From an uncultured delta proteobacterium (GTDB taxonomy: Bacteria; Desulfobacterota; Syntrophia; Syntrophales; UBA2185), in NCBI GenBank assembly GCA_963705275.1, contig OY970063.1:1329039-1393038 (forward strand): a stretch of DNA of 64,000 bases, written 5' to 3'. The stretch's first letter is position 1; each line of letters opens with the position of its first letter. This document shows positions 36,205 through 44,010 of the stretch, piece by piece. The position numbers and the translations under genes were made by a program. Below the pieces are notes generated by a model. The model saw only the letters and a list, made by a program, of their open reading frames with translations, had not been told where the DNA came from and made no database searches.

Positions 36205-37635
36205 TTAGAAGGTGAGGGTCAGTTTATGAGTTACGAGATAGTCGTTATCGATTGAGGCTCCTGCATTGGTGCCCTTCCAGTAGTCACCCGCCCACAGATA
36301 GGCAAAGCCGATCATGTAGGAGAGGTTGTCATAGATCTTGTAGGTTGCCGTAACATCAAGCTCGCTACCGTAGTTCTTGGACTGCCAACCACTTGATGTG
36401 GCATCCTTGTCCGCCTGGGCAATTGTATAGCTCGCCTTTACATCCAGTTTCGGTACTGGCTTTATGCCGAAGAAGAGCTGGGCCAACTGCACGTTGCTCA
36501 TTTGGCTATTGGTCCCTGCATACCCATAGGCTCCACTCACGCCGTTAGCCGAGCTACCTAAGCCACCATTCCACCTGCCCAAGTCATAGTTGAAAAGCAT
36601 CAAGCAGGGGTTGAAGTCGGTGCCCCCTGGAGGACCCTGTTCATCCTTATCCAACGTGCCTTTGTCGTCACCCGCCACATAGACAAGCGTAAGACCTGCG
36701 TACATAGGCGCGAAATCATAGGTACCCGAGACATAGGCAGCGAGTCCATCACGTGTTATGTCCGTGTTCGCTGCATTGGAACCTTCATACTTTCTCGCCT
36801 TGCCTGTCCAGTAAGCAACTTCCGCTTCGACATAGACAGGACCGAGCTGGGCCTTCACGTAAGGGTCAAATACCCAGAACTGGCCCTTGTAGCCCGTTTC
36901 AGCATTAGCAGCAACTGCCGGACCGGAGGCATTGCTGAGGAGATAGTAATATACGAGTAAACCCGTATTCCCCTTCGCCCAGTTATAAACAAAGGCGCCG
37001 ACATACTTTTCCGCAGTTGCATCTACCTGATAGCTTGCGACCCCCACGTTACCTGCAGGGCCAGAAGCGCTATAGTACTGGGTGCCTTCGATCTTGTCCA
37101 AGAGGGCAATAAGCGTCCACGGACCGATAACGTAATCGTATCTAATCCTTGGGCCATAGGTAGAATCGCCGCTATCTGCAAATGAGGTGCCGAACACTGA
37201 CTGCTGCTGGTAGCCGACCCTCAAGAGGCCGCCCCACAGATTAGCAGACACATATATGTGCTCGAACTTGATGTTTTCCGCTTCCAGGTTGTTCCCGGAG
37301 CTGTCACCTGAGGTGGGACCGGTAACGGAATAAACTCCCGTTGTGCTATTCAGGGAAACCCCAATAGGCGCCCTCTGTGCACCCCAGATCTTTTCCATGG
37401 CATCGAACCTGGTCGTCAGCTTCAGGCCTTCCTGTACCTGGAAATCCGTCTGAACCCTGAGCCTCTGCCAGATATTGGCCACGGATGCGCCGCCATCTTT
37501 CAACAGCGTGCGGTTGTTGTCATAGTAACCCTGGGCGACATAGGTGCCGCTGAACTTCACGTCCGCCGCACATACGGGCATAGCAAAGGCCATGATCAGG
37601 GCAACTGATAGTAAAACTATCCAAAGCTTCTTCAT
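36205..37635 (-). CDS. Outer-membrane beta-barrel porin (family unassigned)
   Basis: 476 aa with signal peptide MKKLWIVLLSVALIMAFAMPVCA/AD. It shows alternating amphipathic beta-strand composition rich in G/Y/N/D and ends in the OMP signature ...HKLTLTF with terminal Phe. Confidence 0.65.
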   Translation of the reverse strand: MKKLWIVLLSVALIMAFAMPVCAADVKFSGTYVAQGYYDNNRTLLKDGGASVANIWQRLRVQTDFQVQEGLKLTTRFDAMEKIWGAQRAPIGVSLNSTTGVYSVTGPTSGDSSGNNLEAENIKFEHIYVSANLWGGLLRVGYQQQSVFGTSFADSGDSTYGPRIRYDYVIGPWTLIALLDKIEGTQYYSASGPAGNVGVASYQVDATAEKYVGAFVYNWAKGNTGLLVYYYLLSNASGPAVAANAETGYKGQFWVFDPYVKAQLGPVYVEAEVAYWTGKARKYEGSNAANTDITRDGLAAYVSGTYDFAPMYAGLTLVYVAGDDKGTLDKDEQGPPGGTDFNPCLMLFNYDLGRWNGGLGSSANGVSGAYGYAGTNSQMSNVQLAQLFFGIKPVPKLDVKASYTIAQADKDATSSGWQSKNYGSELDVTATYKIYDNLSYMIGFAYLWAGDYWKGTNAGASIDNDYLVTHKLTLTF

Positions 37636-38232
37636 TGTTTCCTCCTGTTTGATTTTTCAAAAATTGATCTTTCCGGGCATGTTCCTGAAAGATCATTCTC
37701 ATTAGAACCACTTTGAAAACTTTGGCCTTAAGAATTGCCTCTCGGCCGCTTAGATCCCTTCTCCACCTCCTTTCATTGAGATTTACGGTGAAAACAAGTA
37801 ACACCGTCAATATTCGTTGTCAAGCACTTTTGCCGCTATTTTGCAATTAAGGGGCTTGTACAAGCACCTGCATTTTTATATCTAGCCAGCAATAAGCGTA
37901 CCACAGTGGCAAGTCAGGAAGAAGAGAGATGAAATGGCAGCCATAACATAGTGTAAATAAAGGAGTAAGTGCCAGATCATTGCTGCCGTCAAAGAAATGC
38001 GTCAAGATGCCTGTAAGAGCGGCGAAAGTAAACAATCAATCTCAATGTACGCGGCAATAATACCGAGGTCACCATTCCAAGCCGTGGGTAATTTGATAAT
38101 CTCATTTTTTATCAAATACTTACAATGTTTATCCCTTCAGTTGAAGTGACACATGGGAAATGTTTCGAAATTGCAAGACATGCCTCAAATATGTGGCAAA
38201 AAATACACACCCGGATGGGACTACGGGATTTT

Positions 38233-39213
38233 TTACAACAGGGCTTGATGATCTTTTACCATATCTATATCCATCTTGATGTTGCGCCCCTGCGTTGTCA
38301 GATAATTGCCGATCATCAGGCCATTTGCACCGGCAAGCATAACCCAGGATTGGTAATCCCTGAGAGTCACTTCTCTCCCGCCGCAGATAAGAATATTCTT
38401 GTCGGGATTAATAAATCTGAATATGGCGATGCACTTCAGCGCCTCCAGGGGCTTGAGCAGGGGTCTATCTTCCATCTTGGTACCGGCAATGGGATTAAGA
38501 AAATTTATCGGTATCCCGTCAACATCGAGTTCCTTCAGAGTAAAGGCCAGTTCCACGCGCTGCTCCCAGGTCTCACCAAGTCCCAGGATACCTCCCGAAC
38601 AGACCTTCATCCCTGCGGCCTTGGCAAGCTTGACAGTCTCAATATCCTCGTCATAGTTATGCGTGGTGCAAACTTCGTCAAAAAAACTCCGGGCCGTTTC
38701 CAGATTGTGATGATAAACGGCAATCCCTCCTTCTGCGAGCCTGCGCGCCATAGACTCGGTGAGCATCCCCAGAGAGGCGCAGACCGTGAGGGCCGTTTGT
38801 TTGCAAATGGCGGTGGCACTATGGCAGATGACATCCAGCTCCTCATCTTTCAGCATATATCCGCTTGTGACCATGGAATACCTGGTAGCTCCTCTCCTCT
38901 CCAATTCAATCGCGCTTTTCACAATCTCTTCTTCAGCCAATAGGGGATAGGTCTTGATCTCCGTTCTATGGTGAGCAGATTGGGCGCAGAAGGCGCAATC
39001 TTCGGAGCAGAAACCCGATTTGGCATTGATGATGGAACACAGAATGGTTTCTTCTTGCCTCCGCATTTTTTTGATTTTATGGGCGCAGAATAATAAGTCC
39101 ATCGTATCCTTTTCCTGAAGTTGTGCAAGTTCACAGGCATCTTCGTAGGAAAAGACATACCCGCCTTCCTTTATAATCTTCTCAGTTAGATCGATGAGTT
39201 GCTTGCTGAACAT
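38233..39213 (-). CDS. bioB: Biotin synthase (radical SAM)
   Basis: It has the CSEDCAFCAQS radical-SAM CxxxCxxC motif, GATRYSMVTSG and a C-terminal YLTTQGR-type motif (NYLTTQGRN). Confidence 0.9.
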   Translation of the reverse strand: MFSKQLIDLTEKIIKEGGYVFSYEDACELAQLQEKDTMDLLFCAHKIKKMRRQEETILCSIINAKSGFCSEDCAFCAQSAHHRTEIKTYPLLAEEEIVKSAIELERRGATRYSMVTSGYMLKDEELDVICHSATAICKQTALTVCASLGMLTESMARRLAEGGIAVYHHNLETARSFFDEVCTTHNYDEDIETVKLAKAAGMKVCSGGILGLGETWEQRVELAFTLKELDVDGIPINFLNPIAGTKMEDRPLLKPLEALKCIAIFRFINPDKNILICGGREVTLRDYQSWVMLAGANGLMIGNYLTTQGRNIKMDIDMVKDHQALL

Positions 39214-39309
39214 GTCCTTCTCCTTTCCTGCAATTTGTCTATTTAGCGGGAATTAACCCAGTACTTGGCTGTATGAGAGAGCAATTGTCCATATCAGAGG
39301 GCAAGACAT

Positions 39310-39341
39310 AAGTCAACCATATTTATATTTAGGGTTGACAA
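39310..39341. promoter_or_regulatory. Probable BirA operator (bioO) in the bioB/birA divergent region
   Basis: Inverted repeat aGTCAACC-N14(atatttatatttag)-GGTTGACa with 7-bp perfect arms and an AT-rich spacer. It resembles E. coli bioO (TGTAAACC...GGTTTACA) as I recall it. It lies 29 nt upstream of birA and about 100 nt upstream of bioB. Confidence 0.65.
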
Positions 39342-39369
39342 TTACTCGGGAGGATGTTATGAGCCGCGC

Positions 39370-40356
39370 ATGCTAACGAAGCGGCAATTACTCATCTACT
39401 TAAAGGAGGGTAAGGGGACTTGGGTCTCCGGCGAACTCCTCGCCCATAAAATGGCGGTTTCCCGGTCGGCTGTTTGGAAACATATAGGCAGTTTAAGAAA
39501 CGATGGCTATGTGATCGAATCGTCGCGAAAAAAGGGATACCTCCTCCGGGAGACGTCAGATTTGCTTCTCGCAGATGAGATCCGGGAAGGGCTGAACACA
39601 AGTGTCTTCGGTAAGGGAGAAATTATTTATTTCAGGGAAACGGATTCCACCAATGTAAGGGCTAAATTTCTGGCTGGCGACGGCGCTCCTGAGGGAACGG
39701 TGGTTGTCGCAGAGAAGCAGACACAGGGAAGAGGGCGAAAAGGAAGAACGTGGTTTTCGCCTGAAAGCGAGGGAATCTATACCTCCATTATCTTGAGGCC
39801 GCCTATTGCGCCAAATGAAGCGCCCAAACTCACCCTAATGGCGTCTGTGGCTGTAGCTGAAGCGTTGCTTTCCCTAACGTCCTTGAAGGTCAACATCAAA
39901 TGGCCCAACGATATACTGATTAACGGCAAAAAGGTCGCCGGCATTCTCACGGAAATAAGCACGGATATGGATAGAATCGATTATGTGGTCATCGGCGTCG
40001 GTGTAAATGTGAATACGTCGCGCAAAGGTCTCCACCTCGATATCAGACAGACGGCAACATCTGTTTTCATGGAAACGGGCAAGGTATTCCCAAGAATTGC
40101 TCTCCTTCGTGCGTTCCTGGAGTGGCTGGAAATATATTACGAAGCATTCACGGCAAAAGGGTTTGATCCAATATTGAATCGATGGAAGCATTTTGCTGAC
40201 ATAATCGGGCGGCGGATCAGTGTTGATCTCATGGACAGCATACGCGTGGGTACGGTTCTGGATGTAGACAAAGATGGGTTTCTGATCCTCCAGAATCACA
40301 AGGGAACGATTGAGAGGATAATTTCCGGGGACGTAACTCTATTGAGTCGTGAGTAG
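39370..40356 (+). CDS. birA: Bifunctional biotin-[acetyl-CoA-carboxylase] ligase / biotin operon repressor
   Basis: It has an N-terminal winged HTH (LAHKMAVSRSAVWKHIGSLRNDGYVIES), the biotin-binding loop QGRGRKGRTWFSPE and KWPNDILINGKKVAGIL. Confidence 0.9.
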   Translation: MLTKRQLLIYLKEGKGTWVSGELLAHKMAVSRSAVWKHIGSLRNDGYVIESSRKKGYLLRETSDLLLADEIREGLNTSVFGKGEIIYFRETDSTNVRAKFLAGDGAPEGTVVVAEKQTQGRGRKGRTWFSPESEGIYTSIILRPPIAPNEAPKLTLMASVAVAEALLSLTSLKVNIKWPNDILINGKKVAGILTEISTDMDRIDYVVIGVGVNVNTSRKGLHLDIRQTATSVFMETGKVFPRIALLRAFLEWLEIYYEAFTAKGFDPILNRWKHFADIIGRRISVDLMDSIRVGTVLDVDKDGFLILQNHKGTIERIISGDVTLLSRE

Positions 40357-40459
40357 AGAGTGGTGCAGATTCCACGTCCTTTAAAACCCATCTCGCCTTT
40401 CGATCCCCGCTCTCATTTCGACAAAGGGACTGTAACACGGTGGGCGTGTTGTGGCATAA

Positions 40460-41851
40460 TTGAACGAGCGAGGTTTATATAGTATGACAAGCAAGGGTAG
40501 GAAAAAACTGGAAATTGATGACAAAAGATACGTTTGGCATCCCTTTACTCAGATGCGGGGTTATGAAAAGGAAACGCCGCTCATCATTGAGGAAGGGAAT
40601 GGATGTCTGTTAAGAGATATGGAGGGTAACAGCTATATTGATGGTGTTTCTTCGCTCTGGACGAACGTTCATGGTCATAGGAAAAAGAAGCTTGACGACG
40701 CCATGAAAGGGCAGCTTGGCAAGATTGCCCATTCGACCCTGCTTGGACTTTCCAACATACCTGCAATCAGACTGGCAAAGAAATTAATCTCAATTGCACC
40801 GTCGGGATTGACGAAGGTATTTTATTCCGATAATGGCTCCACGGCCAACGAAATAGCCCTTAAGATGGCCTTCCAGTACCACCAGCAATGCCCCTCGGGA
40901 AACCGCAACAAGAAGAAATTTATTCGCCTGTCTAATGCCTATCATGGAGATACCATAGGCTCCGTGAGTGTGGGAGGAATTGATCTCTTCCATTCCATGT
41001 ATAAAGACCTGCTCTTTCCGTCTTTCAAGGCGGAAGCGCCCTACTGCTACCGCTGCACCTTCGGAAAGACCCATCCCGCCTGCGGGCTCGAGTGTCTGAC
41101 GCACGTTGAGGGCATCATGAAGGCTCACAGCCGAGAGATTGCCGCCCTTGTGATAGAGCCCTTGGTTCAGGGAGCCGGCGGTATACTGGTGCAGCCGCCG
41201 GGATACCTGAAAAGGGTGAGAGAGTTATGCACGCGTCACAAAATCTTCATGATAGCAGACGAAGTGGCAGTGGGATTCGGCAAGACAGGAAAGATGTTTG
41301 CCTGTGAACACGAAGGGGTTGTGCCGGACATTATGGCCCTGGCAAAGGGAATAGCAGGGGGGTACCTGCCGCTTGCGGCAACCCTGGTGACGGAGGAGAT
41401 CTATGAAGGATTTCTTGGGGAATTCGAGGAATTCAAAACATTTTTTCATGGACACACCTTTACGGGAAACCCCCTGGCATGCGCAGTAGCCATCGCCAGT
41501 CTTGAGGTCTTCAAAGAGGAGCGCACCCTTGACCGGCTCCAGAAAAAAATAGCGCACCTCGCAAAGAGGCTGAAACCGTTAGCCTCCCTGGTGCACGTCG
41601 GAGAGGTGCGCCAGTGCGGCATCATGGTGGGCATAGAACTCGTTTGCGATCAAAAGACAAAGCAGCTCTTTCCCCCGGAGAAGAGAACAGGGCATAGGGT
41701 CATTATGGAGGCGAGAAAGAGGGGCGTGATTATCCGCCCTTTAGGGGATGTCATTGTACTGATGCCGCCTTTGAGCATTTCTAAAAAGGAAATAGATCTC
41801 CTCTGTCAGACTGTTTACGATTCAATTCGAATGGTCACGGAAGAAAAGTGA
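40460..41851 (+). CDS. bioA: Adenosylmethionine-8-amino-7-oxononanoate aminotransferase
   Basis: Class-III aminotransferase with YVWHPFTQM, SDNGSTANEIALKMA, ADEVAVGFGKTGKMFACEH (PLP Lys) and HGHTFTGNPLACA. The likely start is ATG 40484. Confidence 0.9.
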   Translation: MNERGLYSMTSKGRKKLEIDDKRYVWHPFTQMRGYEKETPLIIEEGNGCLLRDMEGNSYIDGVSSLWTNVHGHRKKKLDDAMKGQLGKIAHSTLLGLSNIPAIRLAKKLISIAPSGLTKVFYSDNGSTANEIALKMAFQYHQQCPSGNRNKKKFIRLSNAYHGDTIGSVSVGGIDLFHSMYKDLLFPSFKAEAPYCYRCTFGKTHPACGLECLTHVEGIMKAHSREIAALVIEPLVQGAGGILVQPPGYLKRVRELCTRHKIFMIADEVAVGFGKTGKMFACEHEGVVPDIMALAKGIAGGYLPLAATLVTEEIYEGFLGEFEEFKTFFHGHTFTGNPLACAVAIASLEVFKEERTLDRLQKKIAHLAKRLKPLASLVHVGEVRQCGIMVGIELVCDQKTKQLFPPEKRTGHRVIMEARKRGVIIRPLGDVIVLMPPLSISKKEIDLLCQTVYDSIRMVTEEK

Positions 41852-41860
41852 GCCCTCGAA

Positions 41861-42187
41861 ATGGCCGGTGATAAAGAAGCATCCAAGAAAAGCCTGGAGA
41901 AGGGGTCCTGGGAGGGCGTCTTCTATTTTCATCCGGATGACGGTATTTACCAGGATCATTTCCCCGGCTACCCGGTTGTCCCCGGAAGCCTGATAGTGCA
42001 CGCATTTTTGAAAGCTGCAGCGGATGCCGGCTTTTCGCCCGATTATCTTGCAATAGAGAACTTCAGGTTCAGAGAATTTCTCTCACCCGGCCATTACGTA
42101 TTTCGCATTGAATTTGATGAGAAGCAGCTGAACTGCCTCATTTATAGTGGGGAGAGGAAGCTAGTTAGGGGAGTCTTGAAAAGATGA
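41861..42187 (+). CDS. Short FabZ-like hotdog protein (His retained, helix Glu replaced by His)
   Basis: 108 aa. YQDHFPGYPVVPGSLIVHAFLKA aligns by eye to E. coli FabZ [22 protein letters not shown]. The N-terminal LPHRFPFLLVD strand is absent. Confidence 0.6.
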   Translation: MAGDKEASKKSLEKGSWEGVFYFHPDDGIYQDHFPGYPVVPGSLIVHAFLKAAADAGFSPDYLAIENFRFREFLSPGHYVFRIEFDEKQLNCLIYSGERKLVRGVLKR

Positions 42188-42969
42188 TACTCCATTTTTC
42201 GGGAAATCGTGCCCTCGTTCTGGGAGGCACCTGCGAGCTTGCTCTGGCTCTCGCTCACTCCATGATAGAGTCCGGCCTTTTTCCGCTGCTTACTTACAGA
42301 GACGATAAGGGTCTGAACCGAATCACAGAGGCTCTGCGGCCCTTCAACGGGAGATACGAGACTTGCTACCTGAATCTCGGCGATCGCGATTCGCTCGATT
42401 CCATCTTCACTCAAACAGGTGATGACCTCGACTTCCTGGTAGATTTTGCCCAGGGAAATTATGAGAGCCTTATCGCCGGAGCAGACGAAGAGAGCGTTTA
42501 CAGCTATTTCCTGGAGAACATCTCTTTTCGAGCCGAGATTCTGAAAAGGGTTGGAAGGGTAATGCTGAAGAAAAGAAAGGGGCGCCTCGTATATGTTTCT
42601 TCTGCAGCCGCGGCAAGACCCAATCCCGGCCAGGGATTTTATGCAGCCGCCAAGCTGGCTTCGGAGGCCCTCTATCGCAATATGGGACTGGAGCTGGGAG
42701 AACGCGGTGTGACCACGGTGAGTCTGCGTCCCGGCTATATCGAGGCGGGGCGGGGCAGAATCTATCTGCAAAAGCAGGATCGGAAAATTATTGAGATGAC
42801 ACCCATAAAGAGGGCGATAACAGGCGAAGAGATTGCCCACACCATACTCTTTCTTCTTTCCGACAGCGCCGCGGGCATCAACGCAACAGAGATTTCCATA
42901 GACGGCGGCCTCACTTCCGGAAAAGAAAGGCTGCCGAATTTCGCTAGCGAAATGGAAGAAAGGTCTTGA
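42184..42969 (+). CDS. Short-chain dehydrogenase/reductase, FabG-like (putative 3-oxoacyl-ACP reductase)
   Basis: 261 aa with a degenerate Rossmann motif (ALVLGGTCELALALA) and a catalytic Ser...YxxxK (VSSAAA...FYAAAKLASEAL). Its ATG overlaps the upstream stop (ATGA). Confidence 0.7.
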   Translation: MILHFSGNRALVLGGTCELALALAHSMIESGLFPLLTYRDDKGLNRITEALRPFNGRYETCYLNLGDRDSLDSIFTQTGDDLDFLVDFAQGNYESLIAGADEESVYSYFLENISFRAEILKRVGRVMLKKRKGRLVYVSSAAAARPNPGQGFYAAAKLASEALYRNMGLELGERGVTTVSLRPGYIEAGRGRIYLQKQDRKIIEMTPIKRAITGEEIAHTILFLLSDSAAGINATEISIDGGLTSGKERLPNFASEMEERS

Positions 42970-42995
42970 GTTGCACATCCGAAAGTAGAGGGCAC

Positions 42996-43367
42996 ATGGA
43001 CGTCTTAGCTGAATTAAAGAAAATACTAGAGGGGCTCCTGGACCTAGAAGACAGGGAAATTACGCCGGAGACCCTTCTCATCCAGGATTTGGGCGCTGAG
43101 TCAATTGACCTTCTGGAACTCGCCGTAACTATAAACAGCAGGTTTAAGATCGCAGTGAAGGATGATGAGATATTCCTGACACGGTTCAGGCTTTATTCTA
43201 GAGAAGCAAAGCAGCAGGGGAAAGACGCCATCCACTATCTTGCAGGAAGATATCCCTTTCTTGACGAGGACAGGATAGCGGAAATAATGGCGCACATCAA
43301 AGAAGGTCCTCAATTGAAAATTAGAGACCTTATCAGTTATGTAACTTACCGGTCAAAGGGGGTTTAA
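42996..43367 (+). CDS. Acyl carrier protein with about 40-aa insertion
   Basis: The phosphopantetheine-attachment motif DLGAESIDLLELAVTINSRF compares with E. coli [20 protein letters not shown]. I prefer ATG 42996 (AGAGGG RBS) over the track's TTG 42966. Extra sequence sits between helices III and IV. Confidence 0.7.
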   Translation: MDVLAELKKILEGLLDLEDREITPETLLIQDLGAESIDLLELAVTINSRFKIAVKDDEIFLTRFRLYSREAKQQGKDAIHYLAGRYPFLDEDRIAEIMAHIKEGPQLKIRDLISYVTYRSKGV

Positions 43368-43371
43368 CACG

Positions 43372-44010
43372 TTGGATATGACGCCCTTGGATAAGCTGAT
43401 CAATGGGAGAAGAAGCATCAGAAAGTACAAACCTGAATTTCCTCCCGAAGAATGGCTAAGAAACATGATACTTTCAGCCATGAGTGCGCCTTCTCCGACA
43501 AACAGCCAGCCCGTGCGGTTTATCCGCATCCTTTCTCCTGAGTTGAAGGACTGTCTGCTTGAGGCCATGCACGAAGGTGAAGAGTGTTTATTGGAGACTG
43601 TTAAGAATTCGACCAGTCAAAAAAGATTGAGAAACTGGGTAAATGCTTACCGCCGGTTCTCAGAGTTCATGTTCGATGCCCCGGTGCTTTTTGCTGTCGG
43701 GACTACCATGACATTTCTCAATCTTGCGGAAAAGCTGTTCCGCGCGGGCGCAATGGAACAAGGACATAAGAAACACAGGGACATTGACATCGCCGTAGGT
43801 CTGGCGCTTAAGGGATATCTCCTGAAGGGTGAGGAACTTGGCCTCGGTTCTTGTATTCTCACGGCCCCACTGATCTTTATCCAGGAACCCGAAGGTATCC
43901 TCGGTTTGAAAGGGATAGAGGTCAAATGCTTTGTTACAACAGGATATCCCGATGAAGAACCGGCTTATATCAAGAGAAAAGATATCACAGAGATTTACAG
44001 GGAAATCTGA
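43372..44010 (+). CDS. Nitroreductase-family (FMN) oxidoreductase
   Basis: 212 aa with the nitroreductase-fold signatures RRSIRKYKPE, APSPTNSQPVRFI and the C-terminal LGLGSCIL. Confidence 0.7.
   Translation: MDMTPLDKLINGRRSIRKYKPEFPPEEWLRNMILSAMSAPSPTNSQPVRFIRILSPELKDCLLEAMHEGEECLLETVKNSTSQKRLRNWVNAYRRFSEFMFDAPVLFAVGTTMTFLNLAEKLFRAGAMEQGHKKHRDIDIAVGLALKGYLLKGEELGLGSCILTAPLIFIQEPEGILGLKGIEVKCFVTTGYPDEEPAYIKRKDITEIYREI

Noticed and set aside
38200-38235. Hairpin cccg-N10-cggg with a T6 run at the bioB 3' end, considered as a terminator.
   Set aside because: The stem is only 4 bp and the T-run overlaps the bioB stop codon. That is too weak to call.
38125-38943. 272-aa ORF on the + strand.
   Set aside because: It is antisense to bioB, whose radical-SAM CxxxCxxC motif and full-length similarity are unambiguous.
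42142-42978. 278-aa ORF on the - strand.
   Set aside because: It is antisense to the FabG-like SDR, which has Ser...YxxxK and is embedded in a co-directional, overlapping operon. The ORF has no motifs.
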